From a virus (taxonomy: Duplodnaviria > Caudoviricetes), in the IMG/VR virus record IMGVR_UViG_3300027969_000177, positions 1-42,426 of that record: DNA of 42,426 bases. One strand, written 5' to 3'. The first letter of the stretch is position 1. The number at the start of each line of letters is the position of its first letter. The translations under genes and the position numbers were made by a program. Shown here one piece after another: positions 16,094 to 26,142 of this stretch. The notes beneath the pieces were generated by a model. That model was not told where the DNA came from. It saw only the letters and a program-made list of their open reading frames with translations, and did not search any database.

Positions 16094-17333
16094 CGGTGAT
16101 TGGAATGTCTGGCTGTACATGGCTGGACGCGGTGCAGGAAAGACACGCACAGCAGCAGAGTGGCTTGCTTGGGAAGCAATCAGTCAGCCTGAAACACGCT
16201 GGGCGATAGTTGCACCTACTTACGGCGACGCAAGAGACACTTGTGTTGAGGGTGAGTCAGGTGTTTTGAATGTCCTGAGACGATACAAAGTGCTAAAAGA
16301 CTGGAACAGATCTCTTGGCGAGATCCTTTTGACCAACGGATCGCAAATAAAGTTATTTTCAGCAGACAAGCCTGATCGCTTTCGTGGTCCACAGCATCAC
16401 GGTGCTTGGTGCGATGAGTTAGCGGCATACCGTTATTCAGATGCTTGGGATCAGTTGCAGTTTGGTATGCGCTTGGGAGATAAACCACGCATTGTTGTTA
16501 CAACAACACCTAGACCAACAGCGCTGATTAGATCTTTGGCGTTGCGCAATGACGGATCAGTTGCAGTGACTAGGGGATCTACTTTTGATAACGCAAAAAA
16601 CCTAGCACCTTCAGCACTGCTTGAACTTGAAGCACGATACGCTGGAACAAGGCTTGGCAGACAAGAGTTGTACGGTGAGATCCTAGATGACGTTGAAGGC
16701 GCACTGTGGACTAGGGGACTAATTGAACGCAACAGGCTTCAGAAAGCACCTCAGTTGGCGAGAATTGTGGTGTCTGTGGATCCTGCGGTGACAAATACTA
16801 AAGATAGCGACGAAACAGGAATTGTTGTTGTTGGATCTGATGCAACTGGACAAGGGTATGTGCTGGGTGATTACTCGTTCAAGGGTTCACCATTGGAGTG
16901 GGCAAGCAAAGCGGTTGCAGTGTTTGACGAATGGAAAGCAGACAGCATTCTGGTTGAAGTCAATCAGGGCGGTGACATGGTTTCAGCAGTGTTGAAGCAG
17001 ATCCGACTTGGCTTGCCTATTAGAGAAGTGCGAGCGCACGTTGGCAAAAGACTTAGGGCTGAGCCAGTTGCAGCAATGTACGAACAGGGACGCATTCACC
17101 ACGTTGGAGAGTTTGCCAAACTTGAAGACCAGATGACCGTGTGGACGCCAGATGAGCCAGAGTCGCCAGACCGCATTGACGCAATGGTGCAGGGCTTTCA
17201 GGATCTTTTAGGCACGCAGAACGTGATGAATTACTTTAACGCTATAGCCAATTTTTGCCCTGCCTGTAACCTGCCCAATCCAAAGTCATCTCCAGTATGC
17301 TTGAAGTGCGGAACCGCTATTATTAGCAACTAA
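15972..17333 (+). CDS. terL: Terminase large subunit
   Basis: AGRGAGKTR Walker A, WCDELA Walker B, TTTP, VSVDPA and PDRIDA nuclease motifs; C-terminal CxxC..CxxC; exact start uncertain. Confidence 0.95.
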   Translation: MTQAELMPILKELPVNSEEWIRASRWRWKQEQARQEQLPPDGDWNVWLYMAGRGAGKTRTAAEWLAWEAISQPETRWAIVAPTYGDARDTCVEGESGVLNVLRRYKVLKDWNRSLGEILLTNGSQIKLFSADKPDRFRGPQHHGAWCDELAAYRYSDAWDQLQFGMRLGDKPRIVVTTTPRPTALIRSLALRNDGSVAVTRGSTFDNAKNLAPSALLELEARYAGTRLGRQELYGEILDDVEGALWTRGLIERNRLQKAPQLARIVVSVDPAVTNTKDSDETGIVVVGSDATGQGYVLGDYSFKGSPLEWASKAVAVFDEWKADSILVEVNQGGDMVSAVLKQIRLGLPIREVRAHVGKRLRAEPVAAMYEQGRIHHVGEFAKLEDQMTVWTPDEPESPDRIDAMVQGFQDLLGTQNVMNYFNAIANFCPACNLPNPKSSPVCLKCGTAIISN

Positions 17334-17348
17334 TCCAAGGGGGTAAAA

Positions 17349-17699
17349 ATGTCGTTGGCAGTGTATGACAGTGCGATAGCCCAAGGATCCGATTGGTACA
17401 TAAACTATCAATACGAAGACTCAAACGGCGTTCCAATTAACCTCACTGGATACACTGCAAAGATGCAATTTCGCTCACTGCCGAATGATCCAATTGTTGC
17501 TTTGACATTAGATAGCGCAAATGGAATTGAGATTTTGGGCGTTTATGGACTTATCAAAGTTCACGCCACTGCAAATCAAACAGGCTCAATGAGTGCAGGG
17601 TATTATTACTATGATTTAGAGGTCACTGCACCTAGCACAAACATAGTGACTCGTATTATTCAAGGACAATTTCAAATCAACCCACAGGTGACACGATGA
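17349..17699 (+). CDS. Probable virion structural/adaptor protein (beta-sandwich)
   Basis: QGSDW...PINLTGYTAKMQFR...YYYDLEV...RIIQGQF pattern typical of fiber-associated proteins. Confidence 0.6.
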   Translation: MSLAVYDSAIAQGSDWYINYQYEDSNGVPINLTGYTAKMQFRSLPNDPIVALTLDSANGIEILGVYGLIKVHATANQTGSMSAGYYYYDLEVTAPSTNIVTRIIQGQFQINPQVTR

Positions 17700-20600
17700 G
17701 CGAAACAACAGTAATAGTTACTTCTCCTGGTCCACAAGGCACACCAGGTATTCAGGGCGTTCAAGGCACTCAAGGTCGCACTGGCGCACAAGGCACTCAA
17801 GGTGTTCAAGGTCAAGTGGGCGCAAGCGGTTCATCATCATCTTATTTTGATTATCAGATTACTACAGCAAATCTTTCTGGAGATCCGACAACAGGCAAAA
17901 TCGGATACAACAACGCTACTCAAATAAGTTCAACTCAACTAAGAATTAGCGATACAACAGACATGGGCGTGAACATAGACGCGCTGCTTTCGTCTCTTAA
18001 AATAAACGACACTGTGATTGTTCAAGATAAATCCAATCAAAACATATTTCAAAAATGGCTAATCACTGCAAACCCTGTTGATACTGGAACTTATTGGAGT
18101 GCTGCTACTTCTCTTGTTTCAGGCACGGCTCAATTTGCTAACAATGCTGACGTTATTCTTATTTCTCAGACTTTAGGTGTGCAAGGCGTTCAGGGAAGAA
18201 CAGGCGCACAAGGCGCTGCTGGTTTTCAAGGCATTCAAGGCGCAGTTGGAATTCAAGGATCAGTTGGAACACAAGGTTTAACAGGTATTCAGGGTTCAAC
18301 TGGCGCGCAAGGTTCAGTTGGCATTCAAGGTAATACAGGCGCTCAAGGTTCAACAGGTTCAACAGGTGCGCAGGGCATTATTGGATCACAAGGCACTCAA
18401 GGCACATTAGGTATTCAAGGCGCTATTGGACAAACAGGTATTCAAGGCGTTGTCGGTTTGCAGGGTGCGCAAGGATCTATTGGAATTCAAGGCGTAACTG
18501 GTTCTCAGGGATCTCAAGGCATTACAGGCATTCAGGGCGTTGTCGGTATGCAAGGCGTTCAAGGCGTAACAGGATCTCAGGGCGCACAAGGTTTGCTTGG
18601 CGTGCAAGGTGTTGTTGGATCGCAAGGCGTTACAGGATCTACAGGTAACACTGGCGCGCAGGGACTTATCGGTGTGCAGGGTATTCAAGGATTGCTTGGT
18701 AATACTGGTTCTCAAGGTATTCAAGGTGTGCAAGGTGTCCAAGGTCTAGTTGGCGTACAAGGATCTGTTGGAAATCAGGGCGTACAAGGTGTTCAAGGTG
18801 TTTTGGGTATTCAGGGAAACAATGGTTCACAAGGCACACAAGGCGTTTTGGGACTTCAGGGCATTCAGGGTGCAGCAATTCAAGGCACTGTTGGTAATAC
18901 AGGCTCACAAGGCTTAACAGGTATTCAAGGTGCGGTTGGTTCACAAGGCACTGTTGGCGCTCAGGGCTTAATTGGTCTGGTTGGCGCACAAGGCACTGAC
19001 GGTTTAACGGGTATTCAAGGTATTGAGGGTATTCAGGGTCACGAAGGCGCTCAGGGAACAACTGGCATTCAAGGTTTGACTGGCATTCAAGGCAACATTG
19101 GCTCACAGGGCTTGATCGGGTTGCAAGGTGTTCAAGGCAGCATTGGTCTTCAGGGTACAACAGGCACTCAAGGCACAACTGGCGCACAGGGTATTCAAGG
19201 TCTTCAAGGCATTATTGGCGCTCAGGGTTTAACTGGATCGCAGGGTGTTCAAGGCACTCAAGGTATTCAGGGTCAATTTGGATCTCAAGGCGTACAAGGT
19301 CTAACAGGTGCAGGTGGATCACTTGCCTATTACGGTTCATTCTACGATAACACTGTACAAACACCTGCTGCTATCAATACTGCTTATCAAGTTGCTATTG
19401 GGTACACAACAAGCCACTACGGCGTAAATCTCTCTGGCAACAACATGACATTTACTGCCAGCGGTACATACAGCATCACTTTCTCATTGCAGATTAAATC
19501 AACCTCTGCTTCAACCAAGAACATTCAAGTGTGGGCTGGCGTTAACGGTTCTTATGTCCAAGAGTCAAACAGCGACATAACACTGACTCAATCTGGCGAA
19601 ATGGACGTTCTGACAGTCAATCTGGTTTTGCCTCTTAATGCTGGCGATCAGTTGGCATTGTTCTACGCATCAGACAGCACAGCAGTTCAGATTGCAACAC
19701 CAGCACCTCTTAACTCTGCTCCAAATGTGCCTTCTGTTATTGTCACAGCAACTCAGGTTGCTTATTCAATTCAAGGCGCTATCGGTGCAACTGGCGCGCA
19801 GGGTGCTATTGGAACAACAGGCTTAGCGGGTGCGCAGGGAACAAACGGCACTCAAGGCTTAACTGGAATTCAAGGTCAAGCAGGTCTAAATGGTGCGCAA
19901 GGCACAATCGGATCTCAAGGCACTATTGGTTCAACTGGTTTGCAGGGTATTACTGGCTCACAAGGCACTACTGGTACTCAAGGCACTCTTGGAATTCAAG
20001 GTCACACTGGTGCTCAGGGTATTTTGGGCGCACAAGGGGCTGAAGGTGCGCAAGGTATTGCTGGTATTCAGGGACAGACTGGCGCTCAAGGTACTACTGG
20101 GTTGCAGGGAACAATTGGCGACACTGGTATTCAAGGTGCGACAGGTACTCAGGGCTTAAACGGCACTCAAGGCGCAGTTGGTGCGCAGGGAACTAATGGA
20201 ACTCAAGGCACGGTAGGTGCTCAAGGCTCAGTAGGTCTTCAGGGATTGACTGGAATTGGCGCTCAGGGCGCAACTGGTTCACAAGGCACAATTGGAACAA
20301 CTGGTTCTAACGGATCTCAGGGAACCACGGGAACTCAAGGTGCTAACGGCACAAACGGCACAAATGGATCTCAGGGCTTAACTGGTCTTCAGGGCGTAAC
20401 TGGATCTCAGGGCTTGCTTGGTATTCAAGGCGCAACGGGCGCACAAGGTCTAATTGGTCTTCAGGGTGTAGTTGGATCTCAAGGCTCAACTGGTACGACT
20501 GGAAATCAAGGCGTGCAGGGTGTTATTGGCGCTCAAGGCAACACTGGATCTCAAGGTGTTGTCGGATCTCAAGGCTCAACAGGGTTGCAGGGAACTCAAG

Positions 20601-22072
20601 GCATTCAAGGTGTCATTGGATCGCAGGGAACGCTGGGCGCTACTGGATCTCAAGGAACAATTGGTAATACTGGTTCACAAGGTCTTATCGGATCTCAAGG
20701 CAACACGGGTATTCAAGGTGCTTTGGGAACTCAAGGCACTGTTGGATCTCAGGGTGTTCAAGGTCTTATCGGTACTCAAGGTTTAACAGGCTCAGGAACT
20801 CAGGGAACGCAAGGTATTTCAAGTTCTGCACCTGTTTATTCAATTTACAAAGGTGTCACTGCTAGCGATGGAGTTGCTGCTGTATCCATTCCAACAGGAA
20901 CTTATTTATACGAGACACCCAGCACGGTTGCTACAAGTTTTACGTTAAATTCTCAAACCAAAAGCGGCACTTTTGGAACAATAACAACAACAGCGCCTTC
21001 TTCGTCAATTACCATTAGTTCTGTATTAGCATACGCATTTACTCAAGCGCCAGGTGTTAGTCTTGTTAGAGATTTTGTTTATGATTCAGCCAATTCCAAG
21101 TATGTTGCAACGACAAATTACGGAATTTTTTACTCAACAAATGCCGTTGATTGGAGTGAGTCTTCAAACTGGCAGAGCGCAATGGGTGGTTACGGGCAGG
21201 TTATGCAACTTGCTTACGGAGCAGGTGTGGTAGTTGGATTGTGTCTGTATTCTGGAAACTCTTATGCAACAATTTACTCCACAAACGGTGGCGTAACTTG
21301 GAATGCTGGAACTAATGGTTTTTTTGATGGTTTTGGGTCAGGTCAATCTTCGCATCGCATAACTTTTGACGGAACTTATTTTGCTGTCTTAAATAACAAC
21401 AGTGGCAGTTCAGTTGCATATTCAAGCGACGGTGTATATTGGAGTTACAACGCCATAGGTATTGGAACGATAGATAACGGCGGTTATTGCAATATGACTT
21501 ATGTAAACGGTAGATATTTTATTTACAATAAACTTAATAATGGACTTTTGACATCTACATCTGTTCCAACTTCAATTAATTTATCGGCTTGCAGTTTTGA
21601 CTCTAACACGCCGCAAAGTTACCGTAGACCTTCAATGGTAGGTTTTGCTAACGGTAAATACTGGTTTGCAATAAACAACTTAGGCGACAACGGTATTGAT
21701 ATCTTTTCTTCAACAAACGGTACAAGTTGGAATTACATATACACTGCAACAGGCGGAACTGTTTATGGCGGATCTGACATTGTTCTTGGTGCTCAAGGAA
21801 CGCAAATTGTAGTTATTGATCTTTACGAGAACGGTATTGTTTCATTAGATAGCGGTGCGAACTGGACAGTGACCCCTAAATACTTACCCAATGGTCCAAT
21901 GAACGGAAGCGGAACTTCGTTTTTCAGAAAAGAAAATGGAGTATGGTATTTGGCAAATGAATTTATGGACGCTACTTACACTTACAAAGATTATCTATAC
22001 AATTCATTAACACCTGCTAAAAGTCAAATGGCAACTTATGTGACTTTATCGCAGACAAGTATTGCTACTTAA
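17696..22072 (+). CDS. Giant collagen-like fiber protein (two G-X-Q-G-X-X arrays, internal C1q-like domain, C-terminal Asp-box propeller)
   Basis: Gly at every third residue over about 18176-19315 and 19770-20815; S(T/S/L)(N/D)..W Asp-box motifs near the C-terminus. Confidence 0.85.
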   Translation: MSETTVIVTSPGPQGTPGIQGVQGTQGRTGAQGTQGVQGQVGASGSSSSYFDYQITTANLSGDPTTGKIGYNNATQISSTQLRISDTTDMGVNIDALLSSLKINDTVIVQDKSNQNIFQKWLITANPVDTGTYWSAATSLVSGTAQFANNADVILISQTLGVQGVQGRTGAQGAAGFQGIQGAVGIQGSVGTQGLTGIQGSTGAQGSVGIQGNTGAQGSTGSTGAQGIIGSQGTQGTLGIQGAIGQTGIQGVVGLQGAQGSIGIQGVTGSQGSQGITGIQGVVGMQGVQGVTGSQGAQGLLGVQGVVGSQGVTGSTGNTGAQGLIGVQGIQGLLGNTGSQGIQGVQGVQGLVGVQGSVGNQGVQGVQGVLGIQGNNGSQGTQGVLGLQGIQGAAIQGTVGNTGSQGLTGIQGAVGSQGTVGAQGLIGLVGAQGTDGLTGIQGIEGIQGHEGAQGTTGIQGLTGIQGNIGSQGLIGLQGVQGSIGLQGTTGTQGTTGAQGIQGLQGIIGAQGLTGSQGVQGTQGIQGQFGSQGVQGLTGAGGSLAYYGSFYDNTVQTPAAINTAYQVAIGYTTSHYGVNLSGNNMTFTASGTYSITFSLQIKSTSASTKNIQVWAGVNGSYVQESNSDITLTQSGEMDVLTVNLVLPLNAGDQLALFYASDSTAVQIATPAPLNSAPNVPSVIVTATQVAYSIQGAIGATGAQGAIGTTGLAGAQGTNGTQGLTGIQGQAGLNGAQGTIGSQGTIGSTGLQGITGSQGTTGTQGTLGIQGHTGAQGILGAQGAEGAQGIAGIQGQTGAQGTTGLQGTIGDTGIQGATGTQGLNGTQGAVGAQGTNGTQGTVGAQGSVGLQGLTGIGAQGATGSQGTIGTTGSNGSQGTTGTQGANGTNGTNGSQGLTGLQGVTGSQGLLGIQGATGAQGLIGLQGVVGSQGSTGTTGNQGVQGVIGAQGNTGSQGVVGSQGSTGLQGTQGIQGVIGSQGTLGATGSQGTIGNTGSQGLIGSQGNTGIQGALGTQGTVGSQGVQGLIGTQGLTGSGTQGTQGISSSAPVYSIYKGVTASDGVAAVSIPTGTYLYETPSTVATSFTLNSQTKSGTFGTITTTAPSSSITISSVLAYAFTQAPGVSLVRDFVYDSANSKYVATTNYGIFYSTNAVDWSESSNWQSAMGGYGQVMQLAYGAGVVVGLCLYSGNSYATIYSTNGGVTWNAGTNGFFDGFGSGQSSHRITFDGTYFAVLNNNSGSSVAYSSDGVYWSYNAIGIGTIDNGGYCNMTYVNGRYFIYNKLNNGLLTSTSVPTSINLSACSFDSNTPQSYRRPSMVGFANGKYWFAINNLGDNGIDIFSSTNGTSWNYIYTATGGTVYGGSDIVLGAQGTQIVVIDLYENGIVSLDSGANWTVTPKYLPNGPMNGSGTSFFRKENGVWYLANEFMDATYTYKDYLYNSLTPAKSQMATYVTLSQTSIAT

Positions 22073-22731
22073 CGCACCCACAGCATTCCAACGTCTGCTG
22101 TGGGGCGTAAGCCAGATTTGCGCCAATAGCCTTCTTCCCAAAGGGTTTTGTTTTTATCGCGCCAAGCGCTTAGGTCAAAAGTCTTGAGGTTGAACCAAGT
22201 GTCAGGTTGCAGGCAATGATGCTCAATAAACTGAGGCGCTACCTCTTTGTATCCGCCAACAGCAAGGTATTCAAGTTGCAGTTGGTGTTCAGGTATTGTC
22301 ACGTCTGTCCACTCAAAGGCGATTGTTCCCATTTTGCTTGATAGACCTTTGAACACTGACCATTCTGCACCTTCAACGTCAATTTTGATTAGATCGGGTT
22401 TGCCGTAGATCTCTGCAAGGGTGTCCAGAGTGATTGTCGTGGCTTTGATTGTGCGATAAGGCTTACCCGCATACGGCATTGACTCACTCGTTAGCCATTC
22501 TAGGTTGAGCGTTGATAGCCCGTCTTCCTCAGCCTCAAAGAATTCAATTGCTTGATAGTCGGATCCACTTACAGCGTATTTGAGGGGGGTTACTTTTGGA
22601 TTGTAGACAAAGTTACCAACCAACTCTGCAAACACGCGCGGGGCTGGTTCTAGGGCTATTACGGTGTATCCCTGAGCCAGTGCAGCAACAGTAAAGTCGC
22701 CACGATTGGCTCCAACGTCAAAGCACAGCAT
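22069..22731 (-). CDS. FkbM-family SAM-dependent methyltransferase
   Basis: FDVGANRG, ALEP, ITLDTL, DLIKIDVEGAE. Confidence 0.9.
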   Translation of the reverse strand: MLCFDVGANRGDFTVAALAQGYTVIALEPAPRVFAELVGNFVYNPKVTPLKYAVSGSDYQAIEFFEAEEDGLSTLNLEWLTSESMPYAGKPYRTIKATTITLDTLAEIYGKPDLIKIDVEGAEWSVFKGLSSKMGTIAFEWTDVTIPEHQLQLEYLAVGGYKEVAPQFIEHHCLQPDTWFNLKTFDLSAWRDKNKTLWEEGYWRKSGLRPTADVGMLWVR

Positions 22732-23278
22732 CTAAATTCTCCAAATTATAGGCAACAGCATCTTTGTACATCTGGTTTAAGTCCATTTCAGAGAGTTCAC
22801 GCAAGCCTTGCAGTGACTCTTGCTTTCTGCCTATCCACCAAGCCGCAATGTATTGTTGAAACAGCAAGCAATACTTGTCGTAGTAACCAATGTCAGCAGG
22901 TAAAGGTTCAGCCTGATTAGCCCAGCCCAGTCCAATCACAGCAAAGGTGTATGCCTCTTGCCAGTTGCCTAACTTTTCATAGTATTGCGAAAGTTTGAAA
23001 TAAGCCTCTGGGCGCGTATCGTCGTAGGCAAGGGCTTGCAGCAAACAGTTGCTCACTGAATACTCTCTGCCTGTCTGATCCTCAAAACATTGAGCCATAC
23101 GCAGCAAAGACGTGTATGCCTTTGGATTGACTTTGCCGCTGTATTCAGCGCAGCGCAGATAAAAAGACACAGCACTGGCGGTCTGATTGAGTGACAAGTA
23201 TTCCTCAGCCAGATCAAAGTTAAGATCAGGGTTGAAAGGATCTTTGGACAGGTCAATGACTAGGTTTTCAATGTTCAT
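22718..23278 (-). CDS. TPR-like repeat protein
   Basis: Helical repeats; RPEAYFKLSQYYE. Confidence 0.75.
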   Translation of the reverse strand: MNIENLVIDLSKDPFNPDLNFDLAEEYLSLNQTASAVSFYLRCAEYSGKVNPKAYTSLLRMAQCFEDQTGREYSVSNCLLQALAYDDTRPEAYFKLSQYYEKLGNWQEAYTFAVIGLGWANQAEPLPADIGYYDKYCLLFQQYIAAWWIGRKQESLQGLRELSEMDLNQMYKDAVAYNLENLDAVL

Positions 23279-24266
23279 ATTGCAGTGCCTCCATAAGTAG
23301 ATCTTCTACGACCACTTTGGGTACACGCAACACAAAAGCGGCATTGTCCTGAAACCCAAAACTGATGAGCAAATCTTCTCCCTGCTTTGCTGCACCTACG
23401 GCAAACTCAACGCGAGCATCTAGGAATGAGAATGGCTTACTCATACCCGCAAAATTGAATTCACTGTCCCAGACCATTATGCGGTGACGGTAAATAGCAT
23501 CTTTCTGCACAAGGTAGTTTTTGAACAGGCTTACTTCGTGGGTTACGCAAATGTACATATTGCCCCATTTGATAATCTGAGATCCGCCACGCTGGTCTGC
23601 TGGCGAAGGTGGTGTTTGTCGCAGTATTGCTTGGGTGGACTCTGGCTCATCTGGGTGCGAGTAAACAACCTCAGTCGGCATACACCACTTAACAAAGTGA
23701 TACGGCTTATCTACGACTGGCATCCAGTTCTTCTCGCAGTAGGACTCGTCAGGGGCGGGTGCAGCAATGCGCTTGCGGTGGATCTCTTTGGCTGTCCACT
23801 CGGTTTTGTCCAATTCAATTTTGGTGTATTCCATGCGCCCAACACCGTTGGTAGTGGTGTCACGCCTAACGCCAATTAGGTAATAATCACCTTCCCACTG
23901 AACAATACGCGCGTCTTCCAGCCCAACAAATTCCCAAATAGGCTCATGGAGTGTTTGCATCTCCACTTTGGTAAACCGCGTCATTGTTAGGTCTTGATCT
24001 AATTGACACAAGTAGTTTTCAGTGACTAATCGCTGATCCTTCTCAGGGTGCAGGTAAGACAGTGGACCAAATCGGCTGGAAAACTTTTGCTCATTCTCAG
24101 CGTGGTAGAGGGTGTAATTGACGTGACGCAGATTGACAAGAATGTCACCTTCATTGTCAATAAAAATAGACGGGTTCATCAACCCTGTACCTGATGTCAA
24201 ACCATTGGGTATAACAAGTGGTGCTAATCTGCCACCGTTTGAGACTGCCTTCTCAACTAAGTTCAT
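23268..24266 (-). CDS. GH130/GH43-like five-bladed beta-propeller glycosidase, phosphorylase or transferase
   Basis: MNPSI, GLEDARI, EKNWMP, RGGSQ, VEFAVG; likely ATG at 24266. Confidence 0.65.
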   Translation of the reverse strand: MNLVEKAVSNGGRLAPLVIPNGLTSGTGLMNPSIFIDNEGDILVNLRHVNYTLYHAENEQKFSSRFGPLSYLHPEKDQRLVTENYLCQLDQDLTMTRFTKVEMQTLHEPIWEFVGLEDARIVQWEGDYYLIGVRRDTTTNGVGRMEYTKIELDKTEWTAKEIHRKRIAAPAPDESYCEKNWMPVVDKPYHFVKWCMPTEVVYSHPDEPESTQAILRQTPPSPADQRGGSQIIKWGNMYICVTHEVSLFKNYLVQKDAIYRHRIMVWDSEFNFAGMSKPFSFLDARVEFAVGAAKQGEDLLISFGFQDNAAFVLRVPKVVVEDLLMEALQYEH

Positions 24267-24339
24267 ACAGATTACAATACACATACTGCTACTATTACTC
24301 AAGCCTGAGTTACAAGGGGCGCTAACATGGGAGATACAA

Positions 24340-26142
24340 ATGGGTCTATTTGACCGTATCGCAGATCAACTAGCAGCAGCAATTGAAAAACGCGCACTGC
24401 CAGCAGGCACAGTAACTATGACAGAGCAAGATATGCGCAATGGATCTATTGGGCAGTCATACGGCAACAATGTACCTTTGGGACGTCAAGCATTCACGCC
24501 AGTTGCGTTTGGTCCAGGTGTGCCTATCACACCAGGGGCTATCAACCCATTACGAGAAGACGGCAGACCAGATCCGCGCAGATACGAATTCCAAGTTGCG
24601 CAAAACATCAACATTACAGAAACACGTCTCATACCTTTTAAGACTTTGCGCGCAGCAGCAGATCAGATTGACATTCTTCGTCGCTGTATTGAAGTAACCA
24701 AAAGCAAATTGGTTGGACTTGATTGGGACATTACTCTTGCAGCAGATGCTTCAGAAAAGATTGTTGCCGCTTCAGGTGGTGACCATGTTCGTGCAATGGC
24801 AAAAGCGCGAGAAGAATACACAGATGAGATCAACCGCTTGCGTCAGTTTTGGGAAAACCCAGACCGCAGCAACGGTTTAACTTTTACTGACTGGCTAATG
24901 ATTGCAGCAGAAGAGATCCTTGTTATTGACGCGTTAGCAATTTGGCCTCAGATGACAGTTGGTGGCGAACTGTACGGGTTCCAAGTATTAGACGGCACAA
25001 CAATCAAACCAATGCTTGATGACCGTGGTATGCGACCACAAGCACCTAACGTTGCTTACCAACAGATCCTTTACGGGTTCCCACGCGCTGAGTTCACTGC
25101 AAATGACGATGATCCTGCTGCTGACGGTGAATTTACCTCTGATGATTTAACTTATTTAGTGCGCAACCGTCGTGCAATGTCCACTTACGGATACTCACCG
25201 ACAGAGCGCGCACTACCTTTGGCTGACATTTATCTACGCAGACAGCAATGGATCCGCGCTGAATACACTGACGGCGTAGTACCAGATCTAATGTTCACAA
25301 CAACAGCAGACTGGGGTAATAACCCTGATCTATTGCGCGCATACGAGAACATTCTTAATGATGATCTTTCAGGACAGACAGAGCAGCGCAAGCGCGCAAG
25401 ACTTTTGCCAACTGGACTTGTCCCGATTACCAATGAAGGCTACGGGGAAAAGTTCAAAGACACGCTTGATGACTACCTTGTGACCTCAATTTGCGGTCAC
25501 TTTGGAGTGCAACCAAGTGAAATCGGATTTTCACCAAAGGCTGGATTGGGTGGCGCTGGATTTGCTGAAGGTCAAGCAGAGAACGGTGAGGCGTTAGGCG
25601 TTGCACCGCTTGCCAACTGGATCGCAAAAGCAATCACAAATCTTTCATACACATACTTAGATATGCCACGCGAACTTGAATTCAAACTTATGATAAGCAA
25701 GCGCATGGACACTGAAGCCAATGCCCGCAAAAACCAAATTGAAATTACTTCAGGCGGAAAGACAATCAACGAGCGCAGAGCAGAAATGGGCTTACCGCTA
25801 TTGGATACACCAGAAGCAGATATGCCAATTCTTGTTGGCGGATCGGGAATGTATCTATTCAGCCCAGAAGGAATTATCAGTGCTGCAACCGTCACCGCAC
25901 CGCCAACACCTGAACCGCTTGAAGCAAAACCAGGTGAAGAAGAACCAATTGAAGAAAAGCCACCAACCGTGGAGACAGTCAAAGAGGTTCAAGCCTTTAT
26001 GAAATGGGCAAAGAAAGGTGATCGTGGTCGTGACTTTGAGTTTAAGACCATTGAACCTATTGTTGCTGAGGCGCTTAACCAATGCGTGTATGACGGGGAT
26101 TTGGATACAGCCAAAGCGTTGGCAAAGGCGTATCTAGCATGA
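24340..26142 (+). CDS. Portal protein
   Basis: LDGTTIKP, YGYSPTE, ICGHFGVQPSEIG, TINERRAEMGLP; GGGAG RBS before ATG 24340. Confidence 0.9.
   Translation: MGLFDRIADQLAAAIEKRALPAGTVTMTEQDMRNGSIGQSYGNNVPLGRQAFTPVAFGPGVPITPGAINPLREDGRPDPRRYEFQVAQNINITETRLIPFKTLRAAADQIDILRRCIEVTKSKLVGLDWDITLAADASEKIVAASGGDHVRAMAKAREEYTDEINRLRQFWENPDRSNGLTFTDWLMIAAEEILVIDALAIWPQMTVGGELYGFQVLDGTTIKPMLDDRGMRPQAPNVAYQQILYGFPRAEFTANDDDPAADGEFTSDDLTYLVRNRRAMSTYGYSPTERALPLADIYLRRQQWIRAEYTDGVVPDLMFTTTADWGNNPDLLRAYENILNDDLSGQTEQRKRARLLPTGLVPITNEGYGEKFKDTLDDYLVTSICGHFGVQPSEIGFSPKAGLGGAGFAEGQAENGEALGVAPLANWIAKAITNLSYTYLDMPRELEFKLMISKRMDTEANARKNQIEITSGGKTINERRAEMGLPLLDTPEADMPILVGGSGMYLFSPEGIISAATVTAPPTPEPLEAKPGEEEPIEEKPPTVETVKEVQAFMKWAKKGDRGRDFEFKTIEPIVAEALNQCVYDGDLDTAKALAKAYLA

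Noticed and set aside
18159-20786. Alternative-frame and antisense ORFs over the collagen repeats
   Set aside because: By-products of repetitive, stop-poor codon usage; no RBS or recognisable motifs.
22069-22731. Methyltransferase as the DNA methylase explaining GATC enrichment
   Set aside because: It has FkbM motifs (DVGAN, KIDVEG) and lacks the DPPY/NPPY or PC motifs of DNA methyltransferases.
24133-24339. N-terminal extension of the portal in the ORF track
   Set aside because: It overlaps the minus-strand propeller gene; ATG 24340 has a GGGAG RBS and a typical MGLFDR portal start.
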